From: Eledone cirrhosa
Lineage: Eukaryota
Length of the DNA: 64,000 nucleotides
Assembly: GCA_964016885.1 (NCBI GenBank)
Contig: OZ024745.1
Location: 130,076,001-130,140,000 of the forward strand
Reading direction: 5' to 3'
Under the pieces are notes generated by a model. That model was not told the origin of the DNA and did not search any database. It saw nothing but the letters and a program-made list of their open reading frames with translations. Below, one piece after another: positions 43,808-57,731 of this stretch (position 1 is the first letter of the stretch; each line of letters opens with the position of its first letter). Made by a program: the position numbers and the translations under genes.

Positions 43808-44406
43808 GTCAGGTCACCAGTTGGTGCTACTAGTAACATGTATCCGAGTACAACGTGTCCCATGGTCGGGTCGTTAGCGACTAAACTGTCAACCCCACCA
43901 AGGTTTATTGGTGAGGAGGATGACTTTGGACATCCTGCAGGAAGAAAAACAAAACCTGTCAAAGGGCAAGCAGCTCTTAAGAGTCAATGCTCATCCAAAA
44001 TCACCGGGAGAGATGACCCCTTAACCTTTGTCAAGGCATAATTCTAGGAGAAGGAAAACTCTGATATAACACTTGCAACCCTGATGGTATCCTATGATGT
44101 TGACTTGTTCTTCTTTTTGGTAAATATCATCTTGGTTAAGAGAGTGGGACTGGCTTTGTGCAGTGCCTTTGCTCACTATAAAAGCTTCACGGCAAAGGCA
44201 TTGTTTTATATCTGGAGATCTCTCTGCACTTGTCGTCACATGGTACCATGGGCTCAGCACTGTGTGTCAATAATTGTCACAAGTGTAGTGTTTGTACCAG
44301 AGTTTTCAAGTAGCTGGCTGGACTAAAAATTCACACTCGTTCGTTCAGCGCATCGGTAGGGGTTCTCCTACATGGATATAAAGTAGTGGCCGTACTCGAA
44401 AACGAG
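43808..44406 (+). mobile_element. Unclassified interspersed repeat
   Basis: 44001-44406 is highly similar to 18723-19124; its first ~100 bp match ~8220-8313 on the minus strand. Confidence 0.75.
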
Positions 44407-44614
44407 ACGTTTACATTGGAATATAAACATCACCTAGGTAGATATGTATGCATATTTGCATTCGTGCGCGTGTGTGAGTGCATATGGGAGCCCGTGTTTG
44501 CGAAGGTTATGATGTTATTGTATGTGTGGATCAGTATGATTTGAGTTATATGTGTACACATGCATATTTTTTGTATCTAGATATATGTATATGCATTTAT
44601 CATATTTTGTATAC

Positions 44615-44660
<46 letters not shown>

Positions 44661-44667
<7 letters not shown>

Positions 44668-45152
44668 TAAACGGAATAGAAAATGCTGACAAATTGTTCA
44701 CAGTTGAAAAATGGTTTAATTAGGAGTAAAAGAGTATTAGTGATTGTATGGGTTAGTATTCAGTTGTGGTTTTAAGTTTTTAAGTTTTTACCGGTTGCGC
44801 ATTTCTAAATGCTTTTCAAAAATAATTTTGAGATAGAGTGTCCGTGCTGTTTGCTCTGATCTGAATAGTTTTGGGAATTCTACCTATTTTTATGTTAAAA
44901 AAGTGGCTCCAGCGTTATTTTTGTGTTGCAAAAATGCTTGTGGTCAAAACAATTTTGATTGGTCGGTAGAGGTCATGTGAATGTATAAAGTTGATTTTGC
45001 GCCAAGACTGTTTTTATGTTAAAAAAGTGGCTCCAGCAAAAATTCTTGGTCAAAACAATTTTGATTGGTCGGTAGAGGTCATGTGGATAAAAAATTGGTT
45101 TTGCGCCAAGATTGAGAAATGACTCTTTCACAACAAATATGTGTGCGTGTGT

Positions 45153-45184
<32 letters not shown>

Positions 45185-45260
45185 AGTAGTAGTAGTAGTA
45201 AGGTGTTCGATGCTGCGACAATGGCCAGCAGCGATGTGTGTCAAATGTCTATTAAGATAA

Positions 45261-45325
<65 letters not shown>

Positions 45326-45380
45326 GCAGAGTCATTCGAAGGTCAAAAGATATTTTTCAGCTTTTGTCTTATACGGAGAA

Positions 45381-45427
<47 letters not shown>

Positions 45428-46366
45428 AGTCTCTTTGTATGTTGATGTACGCGTGTGTATGTGTTTGTGTATATATGTATGTATGTGTGTGTGTGTGTGT
45501 GGGTGGACCAGTATTTTTTTCCCCCTCGTAAAATGGTGTACATTATTCGATTTTTTCAGTAAAATCGGTTCTCTTAATAGAACATCAAAAATCTTAACAA
45601 TAAAAGGTGTGAAATGATATTCACTATATATATATACACACATACATATATTCACTACATATATATATATATATATATATACATATATACATACATATGT
45701 ATGCACATATATTTTTTTGTATTGCACCATAGAGCATGTGTGTTTACGTGTGTCATTGTGTTTATATGTGGGTAGAGATGTGTGCTGATGTAGGTATCTA
45801 TGTTGACGTGTGTATGTTGTGGGTTCGTCTTAGGGAGAAGTGTTTAGACGGGGTCCGTATTTGTTAATGAAGTAAGATTCCTTGCTGATGCGCTGGGTGT
45901 GGGTGGCATTATCTTTAAATTTGTAGAGGGGAAAGATTCTGAAGTTGGGATGATTTTGGGCGGCACAGGTATCAATGTGTTCACTTAGTGGTATTTTCCT
46001 GTATTCCCGTATTTTAATTTGGGATCTATGGACAGTCATGCGTTGGCGGAGGCTGTTTTTGGTCTGGCCTATGTATTGTTCTCGACAACCTGAACAAGTT
46101 AATACATATATTAGATTTTCCGATGCACATGTGAAATTGTGTTTTACTATAAAACGTTGTCCATCTTTGAAATAGAATTCCGAACCCTCTATTAGGTTGA
46201 TGCAAATGCCACAGTTGGGTCTATCGCATTTTTTTACTGTGGGTTTCGTTGTTGTGGTTGGCAGTACTTTGGCATGTGTTAAGATGTTTTTCATTGACTT
46301 GGATTGTCTTTTGCTCTTTATGATATCGTGTGTTCGTAGAATTTGGTTCATTCTATGGTCCTTTAT
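44661..46366 (-). mobile_element. 5'-truncated Penelope-like element (Neptune-like), endonuclease plus 3' region
   Basis: GIY-YIG ORF followed by ~1.15 kb of non-coding sequence shared with the copies at 53.4-56.6 kb; ends in (TA)n. Confidence 0.85.
45830..46366 (-). CDS. PLE GIY-YIG endonuclease domain (fragment, open frame)
   Basis: CDRPNCGIC linker; NLIYVLTCSGCREQYIGQTKNSLRQRMTVH; KESYFI...LN at the C-terminus. Confidence 0.88.
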   Translation of the reverse strand: MKDHRMNQILRTHDIIKSKRQSKSMKNILTHAKVLPTTTTKPTVKKCDRPNCGICINLIEGSEFYFKDGQRFIVKHNFTCASENLIYVLTCSGCREQYIGQTKNSLRQRMTVHRSQIKIREYRKIPLSEHIDTCAAQNHPNFRIFPLYKFKDNATHTQRISKESYFINKYGPRLNTSP

Positions 46367-46623
<257 letters not shown>

Positions 46624-46624
46624 T

Positions 46625-46667
<43 letters not shown>

Positions 46668-47134
46668 GGCGAGTGGCTGACTGGTTAGAGAACTGGATTT
46701 GCAATTCGATTCCTGGACCAGGCGATGCGTTATGTCCTTGAGCCAGACACTATATTTCACGTTGCCCCTTCTACCTGGAGTTGCGATAGATAATATTAGC
46801 AATTGGAAAGACCAACGGAAACATCGTTTCCTCGGTGCTATCTGACAAAAGTCGATCGACAAATTATTATTTATGTATGTATGTATGATTGTATATATGC
46901 ATATATATATACTACATGTATAGGTGTATATTAGACAGGTGTGTGCCTATGACATTTACTAGATTATGAATATTTAACATTTATCCACTATAAATTGAAA
47001 CGTTTGTCCCAATAATTTACATCGTATACCACTAAAACTGTAGCTTTAACATACGCATTTGTAGGCACATATTCCAGATTCCATTACTTAATGTAGTGTG
47101 ACACATATCCACACCTATTATCTATATATATATA

Positions 47135-47178
<44 letters not shown>

Positions 47179-47308
47179 TACACGCATATATAAATATTAT
47201 CTTCTTTGCCCACTTATTCATGAGAAGTTCGTGGGGGTATAGACCTCAAACAATATACACACACATACACAGACACATATATAAATATATATATATATGC
47301 ATACATAC

Positions 47309-47400
<92 letters not shown>

Positions 47401-47663
47401 ATATATGTGTGTGCGTGTGTGGATGCATGTATTCGAATATCTATGGCTGCGTGTATGATAAGTAAATGCTGAAGGTTTAATTTCTTCAAAATCTCTGTTT
47501 CAAATGAGATAATGAATATTCAAGTTGCATAAGGATATATGAAGATATATTTTAGAATATATCATTCCAAAACACACAAAAATATCCACATATGTATGCA
47601 ACTATAAGCATATATATATATATGTATGTATATATATATATATACACTCACATACACAAACAT

Positions 47664-47704
<41 letters not shown>

Positions 47705-48201
47705 TAAACATATATATATACATATATATATTACACAAAATGATCGGCACGTATATGCAACGATATATATATATATATATATATATATGTATACATACAC
47801 ACACACATACACACACATATATATATATATATGTGTGTGTGTGTTTGTGTGTGTGTGAACGTATGTGCGTATAGCTTCCTATAAACTTCTAAGCCCCATC
47901 ACAACAATATAACGTTTGAAGTTTATACGCCTAGTGAAACCTAGAAAGATAAGGCCGTGTTTTAATATCAAAGGAGACTGCAATATATTTCTAGAATGAT
48001 ATGAAATATTCTAGCTTCCACTATCAGTTTTCACATCAAGAACTATGCTTTTGATATTATTTCGCTTTTGTTCTGCTATCTTTTCTTCTGTGAAAATACT
48101 CATACAATTAATATTCCCACACAAAAGGCAAAATAGATGTTCTCAAGAAATCAGCAAAGTTTAAATTGTTCATTTCCCTATGAGTTAGATTCATTATATA
48201 T

Positions 48202-48268
<67 letters not shown>

Positions 48269-48409
48269 CAATCCACTTAGAGGTAGTCCAGTTAGAGTAC
48301 TCTGTGTTGTGGATGGTATTAACGTATGACTTAGTTTGAAATAGTTTTACAAAAAATGAGCATATGTAAATCTTTTCTATATAAAAACATACCTATGTGC
48401 AATCATACA

Positions 48410-48470
<61 letters not shown>

Positions 48471-48981
48471 TGCATGCGGCATCGACTCGACTTACGGCAC
48501 TTCTAGGAGATATCTTTAAGCCTGGCTGAGCCCTTCTGCTTTCCGTGTCTGAATACAGCAGAATTCTTCCAGAGAAGAATTGAGAATAATACAATGGATG
48601 TGAGAAATAGATATAGACGAAGAATTTACCCGAGTACTATACTCGTAGCAGTGCCGAGAATACACCATTTTTATAAGGAGAAACACTACCAGTGGATCAA
48701 AATAATGACGTCAGTCATCTAACACGTTGTGTAAATGAGACTGTTTGCTTGCAAACAAACCGAATATTAATAATATTATGATATTATTATAATGTATGGA
48801 TTGGTAGTATCGGTAGAGGGTTGGATGCTTTGCTTGACAGCATGGAGTTACGGCCCTTTGCGGTCTGAACAAAACAATTATTGAAACTCTTCTTTATACA
48901 AAACTGAAAATACATTCTCAATGTGTTCATTTTAAACTGAATTGATATGAAGTATCATCATTATTCTGTCCACTGGATTAG

Positions 48982-49815
48982 TGGATTGGCAGTATCGGTA
49001 GAGGGTCGGACGTTTTGCTTTTCAGTATGGAGTTAGGTCCCTTTAAGGGCTGAGTTCAAATTCCGCCGAGGTGAAATTTGTCTTCCATAAGGGGGTCGAT
49101 AAAATAAAGTACCAGTAATGCACTGGGGTAATTACTGGCCTTGTGCCAAAAGTAGAAACAATTATTATTTACTCACGAATACATTTAGGTATCCACCATG
49201 TTATGACGAAAACAAATTTTGTTTTTTAATTTTCGGCCGTAAAATTGGCCGTAAAATCGCTCGGTCTGCAAATGAGGCTAATCAACCCGGGTATGTATTT
49301 GAGAATATTATGTATTTTCAGAGGGTCGGCCGCCATGCTTTGAAGCATAGAGTTACGTCCCCTTATGATCTGATTTCAAATCCCGCCGAGGTTACTTTGC
49401 CTTTCAACCTTACAGGGTCGATACAATAAAGTACCAGTAATGCACTGGAATAATTGCTGGCCTTGTGCCAAACAATTATGTATTTCCAGCAGTTCCAGTG
49501 GGTAGTAGTGACGAGAATACACAACCTTTGTAAGGAGCAAACACTCTGAAACAACTGTCGATTGCTTTCTCTCGGCTACTGCTGGAAGAAACGTGTGACG
49601 TTGGTCATCTAACACATGGTGTTAATGAGGCTGTTAGCTTGCAAACAAACTGAATATTAATTGTTTCTACTTTTGGCACAAGGCCAGCAATTACCCAGTA
49701 CATTACTGGTACTTTATTTTATCGACCCCGTAAGGATGAAAGGCAAAGTTAACCTTGACGGGATTTGAACTCAGACCGCGTCCTACCCTCTACTTATACT
49801 GCCAAATCACCGCCC
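48982..49815. mobile_element. Cluster of three SINE family 1 copies
   Basis: 48982-49165(+), 49321-49478(+), 49658-49815(-). The last has TSD CTGAATATTAAT at 49650 and 49817. Confidence 0.88.
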
Positions 49816-50083
49816 TCTGAATATTAATATTATGATATTATTACAATATTATTATCGTCCACTCACAAATACACACTCACACACATATATGTATATATAA
49901 TTATAATCGAAGATATTGATGAAAGAGAAGCAAGCCGTTAAAATATATTTAACGCTTGTAATATTTAACCCTGTCTGCACAAGCATCGAGCACGAATTCA
50001 CCTGCTTATGGCAATTATCTGTATCGTCTCTTTCTATAACGTTTCTTCTCTCTATTCTCTCTCACGATACTGTAACCTTTTAT

Positions 50084-50130
<47 letters not shown>

Positions 50131-50173
50131 ATACATATACATACATATATATGTTTATACATATATATACATA

Positions 50174-50269
<96 letters not shown>

Positions 50270-50303
50270 TATATACACATACATAAATATATATATAAAA
50301 TAT

Positions 50304-50369
<66 letters not shown>

Positions 50370-50965
50370 ACGTGTGTGTATGTGTGTACGTGTGTGTGTG
50401 TATACGTGTGTGTGTGTATGTGGGTGTACGTGTGTGTGTGTGTGTGTGTGTGTGCGTACTGATACGTTATAACTACTTCACACTGTATGCCATGTGAATA
50501 GAATTGTACGATCTATTGTTGAATGTTGAGAATTATCCCAACGAGATTAATGATGTAATGAGCAACTGCTGTCATATGTATTGTGATATCACCATATTTC
50601 CTTTGCCATTTTCTTTTCTGGTGCGGAGGAACCTCTGTGAAATATTGTGATCCTTTGTTGGTAACCTGTAGAAAGGAATATATTATAACGTTTGACAGAA
50701 AGTGCACATAAACAATGCCACATTATTTCATAACATTACCAATGTTTTCGATAATAGATCTCGACTCTTTGGATTCGCGTACGTCGGAACTTTTCCCAGT
50801 AATACACATTCGATTCTTCTAACAGAAAGTAGTCAACACTTTTTTTCCCCGGAAATAGTATGTTATGTTATTGGATTATGATGAAAACAAAAATCAGTGT
50901 TCATACTTTGGCTTCGTATATTTCAACCAATCGAAATAACCAACACAATCAAAGGGAAACTTCAT

Positions 50966-51338
50966 TGCAGTATCGGTAGAGGGTCGGACGCCATGCTTTC
51001 CAGCATAGTTACGTCCCTTTACGATCTAAGTTCAAATCCCTCCGAGGTTGACTTTGCCTTTCATCCTTACGGGGTCGATAAAATAAAGTACCAGTAATGC
51101 ACTGGGTAATTGCTGGCCTTGTGCCTAAAGTAGAAACAATTATTTAAATATAGTAATTGAGCATTTCTTATTATATTGTAGGTGAATTGGCAGAATCGGT
51201 AGAGGGTTGGACACCAGAGTTACGGCGCTTTGCGTTCTGAGGTTAATTTTGTTTTTCATCCTTACGGGTTAGGTAAAAATAAAGTACCAGTAATGCACTG
51301 GGATTATTGGTGGCCTTGTGCCGAAAGTAGAAACAATT
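50966..51338 (+). mobile_element. Two tandem SINE family 1 copies
   Basis: 50966-51143 and 51181-51338. Confidence 0.88.
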
Positions 51339-53088
51339 ATATTACATTCGTTATGCCAAAGAGGGAAAATTAATCCTTTCAAATGAACTGAAATAGAAAT
51401 ACTTCACACACAATCTCTAATATGTTGGTATTAGATGCAGGCTATGTGGTGCTATAAAATTGCCTACAGCTTCTAACACTTAATAAATTACATCGAATTT
51501 AATGTCATCGTATTTTCTACATTTTTCGCTTAACTCTGTACATTATCATACTGAAGATATAACTGCGTTATTATAATATTTTCTAATTAAAGTTTTCATA
51601 TTCCTTTAATATTTATTTTTGTTTTATAATTATCCAAATTATTTTAAAATATCAAGGCATCAGGTTCTATTTTTAATTTTAATATGGTGGGAGGGATATT
51701 CTGGTAATAGTCTCTTTTATTAATTGATTTGTCAAATGAGATTTCTTAACGACTGTAGCCAGGTATTTAGTGTGGTGTGTGTTTATGGTAAACGCAATAT
51801 ATGTAAGTGGGATTGAGTCTCTCTTTTGAGTCCTTCTGTATTGTATCCGTGTGTGACCGCCATTAAAATGTCGGTGAGTCTATAAGCATGTCCATGTACG
51901 TGCTTCTGTACATGTGGGTGTAGATGAAAATCAACACGAAAAACCAACACGAGGAGACGGTTAAAAGACAGGTAAATTTTTGAAAAGGCGGTAAAATGCT
52001 GTAGAAATAAATACTAAGGGCAAATGATGGTAAAGGAAACAAACACAAAACGAAGTAGAGTAATATTTTACCCAATGTATTTTGGCATGATATTTCACGG
52101 CTATCACCCTCTTTTCAAATGCGGGACTGAAACAGTCCTAGATAAGACAAACGAACGATTTGATCTTTCTTCCGTAAATGGTGTTATATGTTGGAAAATG
52201 CGCATATATTTTCATAGCTACATTTTTGTTGTTACATATTGTTTTATTGGTCTGAAGATACAGTAGATATAAGTGTGTTTTTGCTTTCAATACGGTTTAT
52301 CATTTTTTCAAAGTGATATTGCGTTGGTAAGTTACAAAATATTTTTATCATTAATTTTCTACTTCGTGTTTGAGTTCATACATACATGTCCACACACTAT
52401 TTCCCACACACACAAACCATACAACTACATATGAATATATATATATATAATATGTGTGTGTATTGGGGGAGGGGGGTTGTCGGTTATTTCATTTGCACTA
52501 GTTTGCTTACAAGCGTATATATACATACTCACATACACACACACACATATATATATATATGTATATATATATATATTTAACATGTTCGATTTATTTAATG
52601 TTGTGAGACAAAAAGAAATTGTGAAGCGATTAAAATTAATCCCATAACGAAGAGAAAACTCATTATCGCTAATGACAAAGCTTGCTAAAGTCGACGAGAA
52701 AGTAGGCTTAGAAAATTAAATTGATAAAAATTTGAATGGAGACATGCGGTTGCCTAGAAATATTAATTGATTTAATTTTATCATTTGCAATCTACAATTA
52801 TTAGCTATTCCAGAAATGCAGGAGATAAAAGACAATCTAGATATTCTGAATGGTTTGTGTTATGCATCAAGCCAATCAGTGTAATACTCATGTTTGCGTC
52901 ATAGTTGATACCTTAAAAAAGTAGTTAGAAGAAATGGACTACCGATATCCCCAACGAAATTAATTACAAGTAAATAATTAGCCGACTGTTCGTATTTCAT
53001 ACCGGTTGTTCTCACACTAAGCCATGTGTTACCATTTTAACCGACCATTCCAGTATATGTATTACTCGAAATAAAGAAAGAAAAATGT

Positions 53089-53252
53089 TGAGTATTTACT
53101 TTTGAGTCAGTGGTAAGAAACTCTCGGGAAAGCTGGACAGCAGAAAGTCTTCAGAGATGAAACCCTGCTCACGCGAAATTTTCGGTCATTAACTCCTGCT
53201 GTCCAGCTCTCCTGAGAGTTTATTACCTCTGATTCAAACTGAAATACTCAAC
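53089..53252. repeat. Small diverged fold-back at the edge of the large palindrome
   Basis: TGAGTATTT...AGCTGGACAGCAG / CTGCTGTCCAGCT...AAATACTCA. Confidence 0.8.
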
Positions 53253-53337
53253 TATTTACGTATTCCTTGGAATAAATAAAACAATTCTGATCATTTCTGT
53301 TTGAGTCAGCATTATCCAATTTTAAAACAAATGATGT

Positions 53338-53428
<91 letters not shown>

Positions 53429-53924
53429 AATAGAGGTGTAACACACAAGTTATTATATATTGGTAAACGGATTAGAAAATGCTAACAAATTGTTCACAGT
53501 TGAAAAATGTTTTAATTAGGAATAAAAGTGTATTAGTGATTGTATGGGTTAGTATTCAGTTGTGGTTTTAAGTTTTTAATTTTTTAACGGTTGCGCATTT
53601 CTAAATGCTTTTCAAAAATAATTTTGAGATAGAGTGTCCGTGCTGTTTGCTCTGATCTGATTAGTTTTGGGAATTCTACCTGTTTTTATGTTAAAAAAGT
53701 GGCTCCAATTTGCAAAAATTCTTGTGGTCAAAACAATTTTGATTGGTCGGTAGAGGTCATGTGAATGTAAAAAATTGATTTTGCGCCAAGACTGTTTTTA
53801 TGTTAAAAAAGTGGCTCCAGCAAAAATTATTGTGGTCAAACCAATTTTGATTGGTCGGTAGAGGTCATGTGAATAAAAAATTTTGGTTTTGCGCCAAGAT
53901 TGAGAAATGACTCTTTCACAACAA

Positions 53925-53982
<58 letters not shown>

Positions 53983-54244
53983 TAGTAGTAAGGTGTTCGA
54001 TGTTGTGATAATGGTTAGCAGCGATGTGTGTCAAATGGCTATTAAGATAAGTGTGTGTGTGTATAGCAGGGGAATTTGTGGTGGCAGGGATGGTCAGGAA
54101 GAATGTGTCTGAAAGCAATGGGGGGTATTTTAGCATGTCAAAAGATATTTTTCAGCTTTTGTCTTATACGGGGAAGTGCGTGTGTGTGTGTGTGTATATA
54201 TATAAGTCTCTTTGTATGTTGATGTGCGCGTGTGTATGTGTGTG

Positions 54245-54309
<65 letters not shown>

Positions 54310-54624
54310 ACCAGTATTTTTTCCCCCTGGTAAAATGGTGTACATTATTCGATTTTTTCAGTAAAATCGATTCTCTTAATAGAACATCAAAAATCTTAAC
54401 AAAAAAAGGTGTGAAATGATATTCACTATATATATATACACACACATATATATTCACTATATATATATATATATATATACATATATACATATATATATGC
54501 ATATATATTTTTTTGTGTTGCACCATAGAGCATGTGTGTTTACGTATGTCATTGTGTTTATATGTGGGTAGAGATGTGTGCTGATGTAGGTATGTATGTT
54601 GACGTGTGTATGTTGTGGGTTCGT

Positions 54625-55122
54625 CTTAGGGAGAAGTGTTTAGACGGGGTCCGTATTTGTTAATGAAGTAAGATTCCTTGCTGATGCGCTGGGTGTGGTG
54701 GCATTATCTTTAAATTTGTAGAGGGGAAAGATTCTGAAGTTGGGATGATTTTGGGTGGCACAGGTATCAATGTGTTCACTCAGTGGTATTTTCCTGTATT
54801 CCCGTATTTTGATTTGGGATCTATGAACAGTCATGCGTTGGCGGAGGCTGTTTTTGGTCTGGCCTATGTATTGTTCTCGACAACCTGAACAAGTTAATAC
54901 ATATATTAGATTTTCCGATGCACATGTGAAATTGTGTTTTACTATAAAACGTTGTCCATCTTTGAAATAGAATTCCGAACCCTCTATTAGGTTGATGCAA
55001 ATGCCACAGTTGGGTCTATCGCATTTTTTTACTGTGGGTTTCGTTGTTGTGGTTGGCAGTACTTTGGCATGTGTTAAGATGTTTTTCATTGACTTGGATT
55101 TTCTTTTGCTCTTTATGATATC
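54625..55122 (-). pseudogene. Second copy of the PLE GIY-YIG domain with a 1-bp frameshift near the end
   Basis: Near-identical to 45830-46326; GTGTGGGTGGC changed to GTGTGGTGGC. Confidence 0.88.
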
Positions 55123-55123
55123 A

Positions 55124-55380
55124 TATAGTAAAACACAATTTCACGTGTGCATCGGAAAATCTAATATATGTATTAACTTGTTCAGGTTGTCGAGAACAAT
55201 ACATAGGCCAGACCAAAAACAGCCTCCGCCAACGCATGACTGTCCATAGATCCCAAATCAAAATACGGGAATACAGGAATATACGACTGAGTGAACACAT
55301 TGATACCTGTGCCGCCCAAAATCATCCCAACTTCAGAATCTTTCCCCTCTACAAATTTAAAGATAATGCTACCCACACCC
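55124..55380 (+). pseudogene. Inverted partial third copy of the GIY-YIG domain
   Basis: Reverse complement of ~54690-54946 (MTVHRSQIKIREYR...FPLYKFKDNA). Confidence 0.85.
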
Positions 55381-55413
55381 ACACAAAAAAATATATGTGC
55401 ATATATATATGTA

Positions 55414-55471
<58 letters not shown>

Positions 55472-55614
55472 ATATATGTGTGTATATATATATATAGTGA
55501 ATATCATTTCACACCTTTTTTTGTTAAGATTTTTGATGTTCTATTAAGAGAACCGATTTTACTGAAAAAATCGAATAATGTACACCATTTTACCAGGGGG
55601 AAAAAAATACTGGT

Positions 55615-55691
<77 letters not shown>

Positions 55692-55878
55692 CACACACAC
55701 ATGCACACGCGTACATCAACATACAAAGAGACTTATATATACACACACACACACACACGCACTTCTCCGTATAAGACAAAAGCTGAAAAATAACTTTTGA
55801 CATGCTAAAATACCCCCCATTGCTTTCAGACACATTCTTACTGACCATCCCTGCCACCACGAATTCCCCTGCTATACA

Positions 55879-55957
<79 letters not shown>

Positions 55958-56029
55958 ATCTTAATAGCCATTTGACACACATCGCTGCTAACCATTATCA
56001 CAACATCGAACACCTTACTACTACTACTA

Positions 56030-56101
<72 letters not shown>

Positions 56102-56597
56102 ATATTTGTTGTTAAAGAGTCATTTCTCAATCTTGGCGCAAAACCAATTTTTTATTCACATGACCTCTACCGACCAATCAAAATTGGTTTGACCACAATC
56201 ATTTTTGCTGGAGCCACTTTTTTAACATAAAAACAGTCTTGGCGCAAAATCAATTTTTTACATTCACATGACCTCTACCGACCAATCAAAATTGTTTTGA
56301 CCACAAGAATTTTGCAAATTGGAGCCACTTTTTTAACATAAAAACACGTAGAATTCCCAAAACTAATCAGATCAGAGCAAACAGCACGGACACTCTATCT
56401 CAAAATTATTTTTGAAAAGCATTTAGAAATGCGCAACCGGTAAAAACTTAAAAACTTAAAACCACAACTGAATACTAACCCATACAATCACTAATACTCT
56501 TTTATTCCTAATTAAACCATTTTTCAACTGTGAACAATTTGTCAGCATTTTCTATTCCGTTTAGCAATATATAATAACTTGTGTGTTACACCTCTAT

Positions 56598-56682
<85 letters not shown>

Positions 56683-56815
56683 ACATCATTTGTTTTAAAA
56701 TTGGATAATGCTGACTCAAACAGAAATGATCAGAATTGTTTTATTTATTCCAAGGAATACGTAAATAGTTGAGTATTTCAGTTTGAATCAGAGGTAATAA
56801 ACTCTCAGGAGGGCT

Positions 56816-56893
56816 GGTATTGGATTTTAAAAACAAAAATATAATCTATATAAAAGTGAGGCTGGAAAAGGAAGAAGGAAAGGACAAATACAT

Positions 56894-56943
<50 letters not shown>

Positions 56944-57021
56944 ATGTATTTGTCCTTTCCTTCTTCCTTTTCCAGCCTCACTTTCATATAGATTATATTT
57001 TTGTTTTTAAAATCCAATACC
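56816..57021. repeat. Fold-back palindrome centred on a (TA)n tract
   Basis: GGTATTGGATTTTAAAAAC... / ...GTTTTTAAAATCCAATACC, near-perfect arms. Confidence 0.92.
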
Positions 57022-57259
57022 AATAAATACACCAGGATTTTTTGATTCTGATGATTGAAAGCAAAAGTTCTTTGCATTTAAGAAACCACTGGTAAATGAA
57101 ATAATTGCCTCATGTTGTTTATTACATAAATATATAGCTCTGTTACTTACATAGAGCACTCTTTTTTCCTGGACTTTTCCGATGGAATTACTTCATTTAT
57201 ATATTATATATATATATATATAATAGAGATGAAATAAAGATGGTTATAAGGGTTCCATA

Positions 57260-57328
57260 TATTTTATTATACGTATATCGAATACAAAATCAACCTGGGA
57301 AGATGTTGTGTTCTCTTCAGATAAAAAA
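57260..57328 (-). ncRNA. Mirror hammerhead copy with GAAA changed to GATA
   Basis: Inverted duplicate of 57438-57506; keeps the ATACGTAT stem III palindrome. Confidence 0.65.
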
Positions 57329-57437
57329 ATAAGGTATAATGATATGAGGCATAATAGCACTTGTTTATATGGAAGTGCTATGTCTACATATGACAGAAAT
57401 AATAATATGCTATTATGCCTCATATCATTGTACGTTA

Positions 57438-57506
57438 TTTTTTATCTGAAGAGAACACAACATCTTCTCAGGTTGATTTTGTATTCGAAATACCTATAAT
57501 AAAATA
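57438..57506 (+). ncRNA. Type I hammerhead, intact core (family of 38500-38570)
   Basis: TTTTAT-CTGAAGA-GAA...TTC-GAAA-TACCTA-TA-ATAAAA. Downstream TGGAATTCTT.TAACCATCTTT tail is shared with the 38.5 kb copy. Confidence 0.8.
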
Positions 57507-57633
57507 TATGGAATTCTTATAACCATCTTTATTTCATCTCTATTATATATACTCCACTTCTAACCAACTGTTGAGTGCTACTTATCTGATATATGCATAG
57601 TTTTATTGTTCTACAATATTACTCACCTTCTAT

Positions 57634-57678
<45 letters not shown>

Positions 57679-57731
57679 GAGTATTGAAGTTTGCTTGAAG
57701 CATAGTGGAATAATGACATTTTTTTAATGGT

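Larger units (their letters stand above)
53203..56817. repeat. ~3.6 kb inverted repeat built from the PLE 3' region
   Basis: Left arm 53203-54946, right arm 55124-56817, spacer ~180 bp. The right arm lacks ~54530-54690. Confidence 0.92.
57221..57546. repeat. Fold-back element with two HHR copies
   Basis: ~140-bp arms TAATAGAGATGAAATAAA... / ...TTTATTTCATCTCTATTA. Confidence 0.9.

Noticed and set aside
50513-50665. Strong minus-strand splice acceptor followed by a short ORF
   Set aside because: All three frames reach stops, there is no clear donor and no recognisable protein.
57040-57085. CTGATGA-TT-GAAA motif
   Set aside because: No stem II and no valid A-U/NUH closure.
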